A stretch of 58,501 nucleotides of DNA from positions 1 through 58,501 of the forward strand of contig CAYTGR010000009.1 of assembly GCA_964437445.1 (NCBI GenBank). The letters run 5' to 3'. Position numbers and translations under genes: made by a program. Positions 42,593 to 51,986 of this stretch are shown here, one piece after another. The notes beneath the pieces are model-generated. The model made no database searches. It was not told the origin of the DNA and was given only the letters and a program-made list of their open reading frames with translations. The stretch's first letter is position 1. Every line of letters starts with the position of its first letter. This DNA is from an uncultured Anaerolineales bacterium (GTDB lineage Bacteria > Chloroflexota > Anaerolineae > B4-G1 > SLSP01).

Positions 42593-43538
42593 ACTTGAAA
42601 ATGTCTCCAAAACCTATAAGGTGGGTACCTTCGGCGGCAAGGAGCTCCATGCCGTCAACGGAGTTAGCTTCACGGTCCAGGATGGGGAAGTCGCCGCGCT
42701 GATTGGCGAGAGCGGCAGCGGTAAAAGCACCATCGGCAAGATGATTCTGCGCCTGATTTCCATCACTTCGGGGACGATTTCATTGAACGGTGTGGATATT
42801 GCCACCCTCCGGGGGACCGCCCTCAAAGAATATTACCGCAAGGTGCAGGGCATCTTCCAGGACCCGTTCAGTTCCTACAATCCGATTTTCAAGGCCGACC
42901 GCATCTTCCAAATCGTGCACGATGAGTTTTACCCGCAGGTGGACGCTGGCGAGTGGCAGCAAAAAGTAGAAAAGACCCTGCGAGATGTCGGCCTGAACCC
43001 GGAACATGTCCTGAACAAATACCCTCACCAGTTGAGCGGCGGACAGCTCCAGCGCTTCCTCATCGCCCGCGCCCTGCTGCTGGATATTGAGTTCCTGGTC
43101 GCGGACGAAATCATCAGCATGTTGGACGCTTCTACCCGCATTGACGTGCTCAACCTGCTGGCCGAACTGAAAAAGCGCGGCCTCTCCATTCTTTTCATCA
43201 CCCACGACCTTTCACTGGCTAACTACATCAGCGAAAGGGCCGTGATTCTCTATCACGGCTGCGTGACGGAAATGGGGATCACGGAGAAGATCTTCGCGGC
43301 TCCCCTGCACCCCTATACCCAAATGCTCATGGCTTCGGTGCCCCGCCTGGACCGGAAGTGGGAAGCAGCCACTACCAGCGTAGAGCAGGAAACGCAGCCG
43401 CTGACGGAGCTGCGGGGATGTGTCTACTATGGCCGCTGCCCTATCGCCGTCAAAAGTTGCGCCAGCGAGCAGCCTCCCCTGGTAGAGGTCAGCCCGGACC
43501 ACCTGGTGGCCTGCCCCTACGCCAGACGGCCCGACTGA
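42585..43538 (+). CDS. ABC transporter ATP-binding protein (DppF/OppF-like)
   Basis: Walker A GESGSGKST, signature LSGGQLQR, Walker B LVADE. The start is ATG 42585 (MLKLENV, GGAAGGAG SD), overlapping the upstream stop in ATGCTTAA. Confidence 0.88.
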   Translation: MLKLENVSKTYKVGTFGGKELHAVNGVSFTVQDGEVAALIGESGSGKSTIGKMILRLISITSGTISLNGVDIATLRGTALKEYYRKVQGIFQDPFSSYNPIFKADRIFQIVHDEFYPQVDAGEWQQKVEKTLRDVGLNPEHVLNKYPHQLSGGQLQRFLIARALLLDIEFLVADEIISMLDASTRIDVLNLLAELKKRGLSILFITHDLSLANYISERAVILYHGCVTEMGITEKIFAAPLHPYTQMLMASVPRLDRKWEAATTSVEQETQPLTELRGCVYYGRCPIAVKSCASEQPPLVEVSPDHLVACPYARRPD

Positions 43539-43623
43539 GGACTATTTTCCGCTCACAGCCACCGGGGCGGCCCTTGCTGGGCCGCCCCGGTAAGTTAAAG
43601 ATGCCCGAGGCGTCACTCCCCTC

Positions 43624-45648
43624 CTACTCATGGTCGCTCAAGCCGCAGGTTAGCTCCGCGATGACAACTACTTCATCCCGGTAAACCTCCCTGGTGCATT
43701 GCGGCAGGAAGGTCCCCTGCAAAAATTGGTAGGCGGCCCGTTGCTGCCCGGTCGGATCGTGGTATAAAAGCAGCCACGCCAGGTCACCGGCGCTGAAGAA
43801 CAAATGAGTCACTCCCTGCCGGTGCAATTCAGCGGCGATAGCCGTCGGGTCAGCATGATAGGACAGAAAGAGCCGGGTCCATTGCGTCTGATCGGCATCC
43901 GGCCGGCATTGCAGACCACAATAATAGCTCTGGCCGTTCCACAACAACAAGACCTGGGCCTCCGGCGGTAACGTCTCCCGGATAAATTGCTGGGCCGGAA
44001 AGACAAAATTACTACGGGCCAGAAATTCGTTCTTCGTTTCCTGCCCTAAAACAACTCGCCACGACTGGTTTTGGCGCAATGTGACCAGCTGATAAGCAAG
44101 CGTGGCCATCATCATGCCGGCCAGCAAACCGCGCCAAAGCAGGGACACCCGACCCGAACGCGAGATCAGCACGTCTGCCGCAAGCAACGCCACTACGGGG
44201 AACAGAGGCAGCAGGAAGCGTGTCTGTTGCGAACCCTGGGCCCAGATCAAGAACCACAGGCCGGCGTACAACGCTAACCCGATACTCAGCCGGTTCCGGT
44301 CTCGCTTGAATAATATCCCCAGGCCGGCAAAAAAGAGGGGATTGGGAATCTCAATGGAAAAAGTCCCAAACTGTTGCCGGCGGAGGTAGAAATTAAGCGG
44401 CAACAACAGGTAAGCCACGACGCTCCGGCCAGCACCGAAACTGTGCAGGTAAGCCAGCAAAAGCTCCTGGCGGGTAGTGTCCCAACCGGGCGTGGTGAGA
44501 ACAAAGGGGTAGATGGGGTTGCCGGACCAAAGCCAGCTCTTGAGATACCAGGGTGCGCCTGCCAGTAGCGCCGGCAGCGCGAACCACCAGGCATTGCGCA
44601 GCAGTGCGGGGCGGTCGTTACGCCAGCTCTGCCAGACGATCCAAAGTCCCAACAGGGCCGTCCCGCCCAGGGCCAACACTTTGTTACCCAGTGCCAGCCC
44701 GGCCAGTATCCCCACCAGCGCCAATAACTCACGCCGGGGCCTGGCCAACCAGAGGCAGAGCAGATAGACCGCCACGAACTCGTACACGGCCCAGGCCAGG
44801 TCGGTGTAGGCCCAAGTCGCCCACAACGGCAGCATGGGCACGCCCAGCAGCAACGCCGCTGCTACAGCACCGTGGGTCACGCTCCAAAATCGCCGTCCTA
44901 AGCTCCAGGTGGCCAGCACCAGGATGAGGGCGTAGGTCAGGTGTAGCAGGCCGGCCAGGGTGTCGCTGCCCAACGCCAGGCCGAGAGTGAAGAGCATCTC
45001 CAGCAAGAACGGGCCGTTAGCCTGCCAGAGATCAGGCAGAAAATAAATGCGACCAGCCGCCAAAAAGCGTTGGGGGGCAGCCAGGTGATACATCAGACCG
45101 TCATAATCCCAGGGCGGCGCCAGCGCCTGAAACAAGGCCAGAGCCAGCATTCCACCGCCCATGACGGCCAGAGCTTTGCCATCCAATCCCCAACGCCGGA
45201 AGGCCGAAACGGCGGCGGTAATCCGTGCCGGGATCTTCCCCAGCTCAGCACTCCATTCCCGCCAGGTCCATACCGCCGCCAGCGACAACCACAACAACAG
45301 GCTGACAGGTCGCAGCCAGCCTGCCAGCCCCAAGACAAGGACTCCATAGGCCAGGATGCCCCATCCCAGCGGCAACGCCAGCAACCAGCGCTCCAGGGAA
45401 GTCAGCTCTGGCAGCGTGAAGCGGGCGAGCACTTGGCGGCCTAACGCCCCACCCAACAGGACCAGCCCGCCCCACAGTCCCAGCGCAAACCCGTTATCCA
45501 GCCAGGCGTGCAGGCCCGCCACATTCAGGGGGCGCTCTGGAAAGGCCCATCGCATCCCCGCCAGTAAGAAGACACCGCCGATGACCAGGATCACTTCAAG
45601 CAGCGGTGCTTTACCTTTTAGCCCAATTGGTCCACGTTGTGTGACCAC
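43624..45648 (-). CDS. Large polytopic membrane protein, probably a GT-C fold glycosyltransferase (GT39/ArnT/DUF2029-like)
   Basis: 674 aa with at least 12 predicted TM helices and a C-terminal soluble domain. The gene is adjacent to a clearer GT-C paralog. No decisive motif was seen. Confidence 0.45.
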   Translation of the reverse strand: MVTQRGPIGLKGKAPLLEVILVIGGVFLLAGMRWAFPERPLNVAGLHAWLDNGFALGLWGGLVLLGGALGRQVLARFTLPELTSLERWLLALPLGWGILAYGVLVLGLAGWLRPVSLLLWLSLAAVWTWREWSAELGKIPARITAAVSAFRRWGLDGKALAVMGGGMLALALFQALAPPWDYDGLMYHLAAPQRFLAAGRIYFLPDLWQANGPFLLEMLFTLGLALGSDTLAGLLHLTYALILVLATWSLGRRFWSVTHGAVAAALLLGVPMLPLWATWAYTDLAWAVYEFVAVYLLCLWLARPRRELLALVGILAGLALGNKVLALGGTALLGLWIVWQSWRNDRPALLRNAWWFALPALLAGAPWYLKSWLWSGNPIYPFVLTTPGWDTTRQELLLAYLHSFGAGRSVVAYLLLPLNFYLRRQQFGTFSIEIPNPLFFAGLGILFKRDRNRLSIGLALYAGLWFLIWAQGSQQTRFLLPLFPVVALLAADVLISRSGRVSLLWRGLLAGMMMATLAYQLVTLRQNQSWRVVLGQETKNEFLARSNFVFPAQQFIRETLPPEAQVLLLWNGQSYYCGLQCRPDADQTQWTRLFLSYHADPTAIAAELHRQGVTHLFFSAGDLAWLLLYHDPTGQQRAAYQFLQGTFLPQCTREVYRDEVVVIAELTCGLSDHE

Positions 45649-45821
45649 AGGTCTCTCCTCTTGTCACCGGCCGTGATCCCTCTCAATCTACCACGATGTC
45701 AATGTCATTAAGCCAGAGGGTGCTGGCCGCCCACGAGCACGCTTTCACCGCAGTCAACCGCTCCAGAGAGCATCGTGGAAGAAGTATGAAAATCCTGGGC
45801 GCCAGCTGAATTTTCTTGACT

Positions 45822-47144
45822 TCACAGGTCGCGGCGAAGCAGGATCCGAGCCACTATTTCTACCCCTTGCGCTACCCCCAAGGCCATACACCACAGACTG
45901 AAAATCACCGGAAAGAGGTAATACCGATCCCAATCCAAAGGGCTCAACAACATGGGAACCACTAAACCCAATGCCATCGCCGCCGAGACAATGCTGGGAT
46001 AAAACTGCCTCCCCCCTCGCCACCATCGGTAAGTGGTCCACAATAAATATCCCAGGCCGAGTAGACACAAAGCGCCGTTCACTAAGGGAGCCCCTGGGAA
46101 GCGCCACGTGGCATAGTCCTGAAAAACACGTTCTGCTACTTGCGCGATCCGGGCCGCGCCTTCCTGACTATGCGTTTCGGGGTATGCAACCAACTGTTGT
46201 TGCATTTCCTGGGTCCGCATTTTCAACATCCTGGCGGTGCGGCCCAACGGGTCAGGGTAAAGGTAAGGATTAACCACCATGAAAGCCACGCCGGTAGCCA
46301 GTAACACCCAGAGAAGCGAGCGTTCCAGCACCTCAAGCCGGGAGCGGCGGGCTACCGTTCCCCGGTACCGCAGGGGAGCTAACACGGCCAGCCCACCGGC
46401 AGCCATTCCTGCCAATGCACCGTTCAACTTGACCGCCGCCGCCAGCCCAGAAAAAAGTCCGGCCAACAGCCACCACCGTTCCACGCCGGGAAAACGTCGG
46501 GCAGACGGGGCGGCCGCCGCCGCAGGCATCGCAGCAGTCCGCTGCCAGGACTGGATAGCTTTGGCGCTGGCCCAGCCGGCCAGCAACGTGAATAACAGCA
46601 AAGGGGCTTCGGCCATGGCGCGCCGCAGAGTATAAGCCAGGTAGCCATTGGCCGCATATAAGACCAGCAACGTGTAGGCGGCCACCCGGTTACGAGCTGC
46701 GCGCATCAGCTCAAACAGCAGCAGTCCACACCCGGCGGCGATCACTGCCATCGGCAACCGGGACCACCAAAGCAGGCCGGACTCGGGTAAAGCGTGGCGC
46801 GCCAGGTTTTCCTCATCGCTCAATGAGAACTCCCAGGTCGCGTTAAGCTCGGCAGCCGTATACCTTCCTAACCGACGGCCAACGCCAATCAGATAGCGTG
46901 TCAACGGAGGCTGCGTGAGCGTCCAATACGATTCCCGCCAGAGTGGAGAACTCAACTGACCTGAAAAGAACGCCTCGAACACACCACTGGAACCAATCCA
47001 ATGGCTTTCATCCGGAAAAAACGGGACTGCAGCCAGCTGGGTGCAAAAGATAATCAGCAATACAGCCCCGATTAGCCAAGCCTCTAACCAGGGCCTCAAA
47101 CGCCTGCCTCCGATTTTCCCCATCAGTCCTTTTCCTGTTCTCAA
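45822..47144 (-). CDS. GT-C fold membrane glycosyltransferase (GT39/GT83 PMT/ArnT-like)
   Basis: The first extracytoplasmic loop motif FFPDESHWI resembles the DE..Y/H motif of the PMT/ArnT family. About 11 TM helices. Confidence 0.55.
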   Translation of the reverse strand: MRTGKGLMGKIGGRRLRPWLEAWLIGAVLLIIFCTQLAAVPFFPDESHWIGSSGVFEAFFSGQLSSPLWRESYWTLTQPPLTRYLIGVGRRLGRYTAAELNATWEFSLSDEENLARHALPESGLLWWSRLPMAVIAAGCGLLLFELMRAARNRVAAYTLLVLYAANGYLAYTLRRAMAEAPLLLFTLLAGWASAKAIQSWQRTAAMPAAAAAPSARRFPGVERWWLLAGLFSGLAAAVKLNGALAGMAAGGLAVLAPLRYRGTVARRSRLEVLERSLLWVLLATGVAFMVVNPYLYPDPLGRTARMLKMRTQEMQQQLVAYPETHSQEGAARIAQVAERVFQDYATWRFPGAPLVNGALCLLGLGYLLWTTYRWWRGGRQFYPSIVSAAMALGLVVPMLLSPLDWDRYYLFPVIFSLWCMALGVAQGVEIVARILLRRDL

Positions 47145-47163
47145 ACAATGGAGCAGAAGGGGA

Positions 47164-49287
47164 TTACCTCAACAACCCCGCCAGCGCCGCCGGGGTGTAC
47201 GGTTTGAGCACGACATCGCGCACGCCGCGCTGGAGCAGGGCAGTGGTCCGCTCCACCCGGAGGTAGGAAGCCACCACGATCAGCTTGCCACCTGCCCCGG
47301 CGGCCGTTAGCTGCTTGACGAGCGCCGTGCTGTCGGCGGTTTCCAGTGCATCGTCTACGAGAATAAGGTCATAGGCTGCCGGCTCCACCGCCTCGGTCGC
47401 GCGCGCGACCTGATTACCGGCCCCGATGAGCGTCGCCGCTGCCCAGCGACTCCAGGCATCGTCGTCATCCACCAGCAAAATGGAGCGGCCGTGGGGTAGC
47501 GTGGTCATGGGCAGCTCACCGCTGAAGGCCGGAATGAGCATTTCAAAGAGGGCCCCACCCCCTGGCACGTTGCGCGCCGTGATCTGCCCGTCAATCTGCC
47601 TGAGGATCTGCACACAAGCCGAGAGCCCCAGCCCCGCATGAGTGGCCCCCTTGGTGCTGTGGAAGGCGGCCCAGAGCTTGTCTAACTCCGCTTCGGGAAT
47701 GCCGGGACCGGTGTCAATGATACGAATATCCACAAAGCGCCCCTCGTTAGTTGGGGCGATCTCCACGCGGATCTCCTGGCGCGGCGCCCCCACTAAAGCC
47801 TCCACCGCGTTCTGCAGGATGTAGCCGCACGCCCGGCCCAGTTGGGTGCTATCGGCAATGGCCAGGGGCGTGTTCTCCGCCACGGTGTACTGCACCAACC
47901 CGGCCGGCAGGCCCAACCGGGCCACCGTATCCTTGACCACGTCTTCTACCAGCGTCGGGCGCGGTTGTTGCTCCCGCGCGGGGCCAATCAGATGCTCCTG
48001 GACGGCCAGGATCAGCCGGACACTCTCTTCAATCATGGTGAGGTCTTCCTGCATGGAGGCGACCCGTTCCGGGTCGGCCGATGCCAGGGCGGCCAGATCG
48101 GTGCGTAAGCGCGCCACACTGGACGAGACCGGCAGCGCCTTGTTGCCGATCCAGTGAATGGCCTCCAGGGTGGCCGTCGCCAGTGCCTCAAAGGTCTTGG
48201 TGCGGAGCAACTCGGCGTGCGCCACCTCCAGGTCGCGCAACAGGCGGGCGTTATCCAGTGCAATCGCCAGCTGGTCGGCCATGGCCTGCAATGAGGCGAT
48301 ATCTTCCTCACTAAACGCAGCTTCCTCAACGCTCTGCACCGTCAGCGCGCCGATGACCCGATCGCCCACCAGGAGCGGCAGCGCCATCTCGGAGCGCGTT
48401 AAGGGCAGGTAAGGGTTCTTGAAGTGAACCGGTTCCTCCCCCACGTCCAGGGCGATGAGCGCCCGCCGCTGGCTGATCGCCGTGCCGATCATGGAGATAC
48501 CACCCACCTTCAGCTTGTGGCCGGCCATGAGCATCCGCGCTCCGGCCTCCCCCCGGCCGGCCCGCAGGACGGCCCACTCGCCCAGCTCATCCAGCAAGAA
48601 GACCCCGGCGTAATAAAAGCCGTAAGCATCGCAGATGATGTCTACCGTTTCGTTAATCAGCGCGTGCCAATCCAGGATGGAGGTCACGTCGCGCCCCACC
48701 TGAGCGGCAGCGGCCAGCAGGCGAGCCCGGCGTTCGGCCTGGGCCAACAGCTGGCGGTTCTGCGCATACAGCCGGGCGTTGTGAATCGCAATGGCCAGCT
48801 GATCGGCCATGGCCTGGAGGGCCGTAATGTCGTCTTCGGTGAAGGCGGCCTCTTCAGTGCTCTGGACCGTCAGGGCGCCGATCACCTGGTCGCCCACACA
48901 GAGCGGCAGTGCCATCTCAGAGCGGGTCAACGGCAGGTAGGGGTTTTTGAAGTGGACCGGCTCCTCGCCTACATCCAGGGCGATGAGTGCTCGCCGCTGC
49001 CCGGTCGCCACCCCGATCATGGAAAGCCCGCCGACCTTCAGCTTGTGGCCGGCAGCGACCATCTGAGCGCCGGCCGCGCCCCGGCCGGTCCGCAGGACGG
49101 CCCACTCCCTCGTTTCATCCAGCAAGAAGACCCCGGCGTAATAAAAGCCAAATTCATCGCAGATGATATCCACCACCTGCTGCAAGAGTTCCTCAGGATC
49201 CAAAATAGAAATGACCCGCCGGCTCACCTGGGCCCCGGCATGAAGCAGGGCGGCACGGCGCTCAGCAATCGTCGTGTTTTGCGGCAT
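47164..49287 (-). CDS. Hybrid sensor histidine kinase: GAF-GAF-dimerization/H-box-HATPase_c-REC
   Basis: Two ~90% identical GAF domains (DIICDEFGFYYAGVFLLDE.., DIICDAYGFYYAGVFLLDE..). H-region TKTFEALATATLEAIHWIGNKA. HATPase_c with N-box QNAVEAL and G-boxes IDTGPGI, GLGLS. C-terminal receiver (LLVDDDD..LILVDD). Confidence 0.8.
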   Translation of the reverse strand: MPQNTTIAERRAALLHAGAQVSRRVISILDPEELLQQVVDIICDEFGFYYAGVFLLDETREWAVLRTGRGAAGAQMVAAGHKLKVGGLSMIGVATGQRRALIALDVGEEPVHFKNPYLPLTRSEMALPLCVGDQVIGALTVQSTEEAAFTEDDITALQAMADQLAIAIHNARLYAQNRQLLAQAERRARLLAAAAQVGRDVTSILDWHALINETVDIICDAYGFYYAGVFLLDELGEWAVLRAGRGEAGARMLMAGHKLKVGGISMIGTAISQRRALIALDVGEEPVHFKNPYLPLTRSEMALPLLVGDRVIGALTVQSVEEAAFSEEDIASLQAMADQLAIALDNARLLRDLEVAHAELLRTKTFEALATATLEAIHWIGNKALPVSSSVARLRTDLAALASADPERVASMQEDLTMIEESVRLILAVQEHLIGPAREQQPRPTLVEDVVKDTVARLGLPAGLVQYTVAENTPLAIADSTQLGRACGYILQNAVEALVGAPRQEIRVEIAPTNEGRFVDIRIIDTGPGIPEAELDKLWAAFHSTKGATHAGLGLSACVQILRQIDGQITARNVPGGGALFEMLIPAFSGELPMTTLPHGRSILLVDDDDAWSRWAAATLIGAGNQVARATEAVEPAAYDLILVDDALETADSTALVKQLTAAGAGGKLIVVASYLRVERTTALLQRGVRDVVLKPYTPAALAGLLR

Positions 49288-49302
49288 CGTTCTTCTCCTC
49301 CA

Positions 49303-49707
49303 TCAAGGATTGAAAATTTCGTTGACAATTTCCACCAGACCGGCCTCGCGCCCTTTGACGAAGTACGCGCGCGCCCCCCGGGCGACCGCCTCTTTGGCCC
49401 GGCTCACCTCATCAAAGGCCGAAAGGACGATGACCGGCAGCGTCGGTTCCACTGCCAGCAAGACACTGAGCAGCTGCAGGCCGGCGTTGGGATCATCCTG
49501 GTCGTTGAGATTGGGCATGTGCAGGTCCAGGATCGCCAGGTCAAAGGGGGCCTGATCGGTACGGGCCTCTTCAAACCGAAATCGGCCGGCCCTGGCGCTG
49601 CCGGCAGTTTCCACGTCAAAGCCCGCCCGCAGTAACGTTTTCTCCATACTGCGCAAGACCAGGGGTTCGTCATCCACCAGCAAAATCTTAATCGCATCCT
49701 TCACCAT
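49303..49707 (-). CDS. Stand-alone response-regulator receiver (CheY-like)
   Basis: ILLVDDEPLV..FDLAILDLHMP..VIVLSA.. with a conserved K. 134 aa. Confidence 0.8.
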   Translation of the reverse strand: MVKDAIKILLVDDEPLVLRSMEKTLLRAGFDVETAGSARAGRFRFEEARTDQAPFDLAILDLHMPNLNDQDDPNAGLQLLSVLLAVEPTLPVIVLSAFDEVSRAKEAVARGARAYFVKGREAGLVEIVNEIFNP

Positions 49708-49776
49708 AAGAACTGTCCTTTCAGCAAAGAGTAATTTTTCAGCGGATTTTAAAAGCCGGTGGCAGGCGATGAGGCA

Positions 49777-51678
49777 CTACGACGGCTTGACCTGGGGCAA
49801 GATCACCACAAACGTGGTCCCTACCCCCACCTGACTATGCACCATGATCTTGCCACCCAACTGACCGATGATCTGGGCGCAGGCCGGCAACCCCAACCCG
49901 GTCCCCCCCCGGTCCCCTTTCGTTGTATAGAAGGCCATCCAGATTTTGTCCAGCTGGTCAGGCGGGATGCCGCAGCCGTTATCGCCCACTTCGGCCGCCA
50001 CAAACCCCGGTTCGGCCGGCCGGACCCGCAAGTGCAAACGCTTTTCTTCAACCTCGTGCATCGCCTCCATGGCATTCTTGATCAGATTGATAAAAACGCG
50101 CTCCAGCTGCACGGCATCGGCGCGGACGCGCAGCGCCTCCGGGGCAAAATCGGTGGTCACGATGGAAGAAGGGATCCCCATGGCAGCCACCGTCTCCTGC
50201 AACAGCTCCGCCAGGGCCACATCTTCCACCCGGTACTGGCGGGCCGGGCCAATTAAATCCTCTTTAAGGCTGAGAATGGCCCGCGCACTCTGTTCAATGA
50301 TGTGCAGATCCTCCAGGATAGAGTCCACGCTGAGCAGCCGCTGTAGCCGCTTGAGCGGCAACGGCTCCAGTTCGGCGCGAGTGGCCTCGGAAGAGAAGCC
50401 GTGCGCTGTTAACGCTTCGGCAGCCTGCAGCAACACCTGAGCATAGCGGTGCTCACGGAGTTCGGGCGGGGCTTCCGCCAACAACGCGGCTGCCAGCCAG
50501 AGATAGCGGCTCACGTCCTCGGTGATGCGGGCCACGCTGCCGGGAACGGGCGCAGCTTTGTTGCCCACCCAGTGAATGGCCTCGCCGGTAGCAGTGGCGA
50601 TAGCCTCAAACGTCTTGGTCCGCACGAGCTCGGCATGGGTGGCCTCTAAATCCTGCAACAGCCGGGCGTTTTTGATGGCCACGGCAAGCTGGTCGGCCAG
50701 CATCTGCAATGCCACAACGTCAGCTTCGCTGAAAGCCGCTTCCTCCGTGCTTTGCACGCTCAGCGCCCCGATCACCTCCCCACCGATGAAAAGCGGCAAC
50801 GCGACTTCGGAGCGGGTCAACGGCAACAAAGGGTTGTTGAAGCGGGCCGGTTCCTGCCCGACATCCAGGGCGATGCGCGCTTTCCCTAACCAGGCGGCCA
50901 TCCCGACCAACGACTGGCCGCCCACCCGCAAGCGGTGGCCCCGCTCCAACAGCGTCGCACCGGCCTCACCGCGTCCGGCCCGCAAAATGGCCCACTCGCC
51001 GGTCTCATCCAGCAGGAAAATGCCGGCATAGTAAAAGCCAAATTCGTCGCAGATGGTATCCACCGTGACCTTCAGCAGCAAATCCAGGTTGAGAATGGAG
51101 GTAATGCTGCGCCCCACCCGCGCTCCCGCCTCCAACAAATGGGCCTGCCGCTGAGCCTTCTTGAGCAGTTGAAAATTCTGCTCGTTCAGCTCGGCGTTGC
51201 GTTTGAGCGCCTCGGTCAGCTCACGGACTTTCTCCTCCAGCCGGGCGACCAACATCTGTTGGTAAGCCTGCCGGTGGCTCTCATCCTGCAATTGCTCCCT
51301 GGCTCCCGCCAGAAAGGAAGCGATCTGCTCCGGGAAACGGTCCACGTCCAGGGGCTTGGATATATAGCCGTCGCAGCCGGAAGCCAGCGCGCGCTCGCGG
51401 ACGTTGGCCGTTACATCGGCGGTCAAGGCCACAATTGGGACCTGGGGCAGGAGCGACTTGAGGCGCGTGGCTACCTCGTAACCGGTCAGGTGCGGCATGT
51501 GAAGGTCCACCAGAATGAGATCAGGCCGGTGCTTTGTCGCGGTGTCAATCCCCTGGAGACCATCGGTGGCTTCCAGCACGACATAATCGCCGGACAGCAG
51601 CCGCAACACCAAACGGCGCACCTCCGGAGTGTCGTCAATGCAGAGAATCTTTTTCCGCGAACTGGGCTGGTCCATCAC
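49777..51678 (-). CDS. Hybrid histidine kinase: N-terminal REC, coiled coil, GAF, H-box, HATPase_c
   Basis: REC KILCIDDTPEV..DLILVDLHMP. GAF VDTICDEFGFYYAGIFLLDE. H-region TKTFEAIATATGEAIHWVGNKAAP. HATPase_c NLIKNAMEAM..VGDNGCGIP..GTGLGL. Confidence 0.8.
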   Translation of the reverse strand: MMDQPSSRKKILCIDDTPEVRRLVLRLLSGDYVVLEATDGLQGIDTATKHRPDLILVDLHMPHLTGYEVATRLKSLLPQVPIVALTADVTANVRERALASGCDGYISKPLDVDRFPEQIASFLAGAREQLQDESHRQAYQQMLVARLEEKVRELTEALKRNAELNEQNFQLLKKAQRQAHLLEAGARVGRSITSILNLDLLLKVTVDTICDEFGFYYAGIFLLDETGEWAILRAGRGEAGATLLERGHRLRVGGQSLVGMAAWLGKARIALDVGQEPARFNNPLLPLTRSEVALPLFIGGEVIGALSVQSTEEAAFSEADVVALQMLADQLAVAIKNARLLQDLEATHAELVRTKTFEAIATATGEAIHWVGNKAAPVPGSVARITEDVSRYLWLAAALLAEAPPELREHRYAQVLLQAAEALTAHGFSSEATRAELEPLPLKRLQRLLSVDSILEDLHIIEQSARAILSLKEDLIGPARQYRVEDVALAELLQETVAAMGIPSSIVTTDFAPEALRVRADAVQLERVFINLIKNAMEAMHEVEEKRLHLRVRPAEPGFVAAEVGDNGCGIPPDQLDKIWMAFYTTKGDRGGTGLGLPACAQIIGQLGGKIMVHSQVGVGTTFVVILPQVKPS

Positions 51679-51795
51679 CCCAAATTATAGCGTGAGTGGG
51701 AAGAGAAGCAAATGAGGTTAAAAGGGGGTTGGGAGCCGGCGTCAGGCCTACCCGGTGAGGGCAAACACTTGGGCCGGGGAAGCCGACAGATTTTC

Positions 51796-51932
51796 GGGGA
51801 ATTCCCCATGAACCGGCATTCACCAGCGGTAGGATGAAAGTAGGATGAAAGATGAGAGCAGTGAGCGGTGAGCAGGAAACAGGAACTGCTACCCGCTGCT
51901 CTCTGCCCACTCTTTAACTGGTTTCTATGTCG
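51796..51932. repeat. Copy of the dispersed intergenic repeat (M1 + M3)
   Basis: GGGAATTCCCCATGAACCGGCATTCACCAGCGGTAGGATGAAAGT... + GAGCAGTGAGCGGTGAGCAGGAAACAGGAACTGCTACCCGCTGCTCTCTGCCCACTCTTTAACTGGTTTCTAT. It parallels 28217-28260 and 5765-5840. Confidence 0.7.
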
Positions 51933-51986
51933 CGTCGCGGAACCGGTCAGGAACGGCCGGCTACTCCGATACGAAATATCGGTCAC

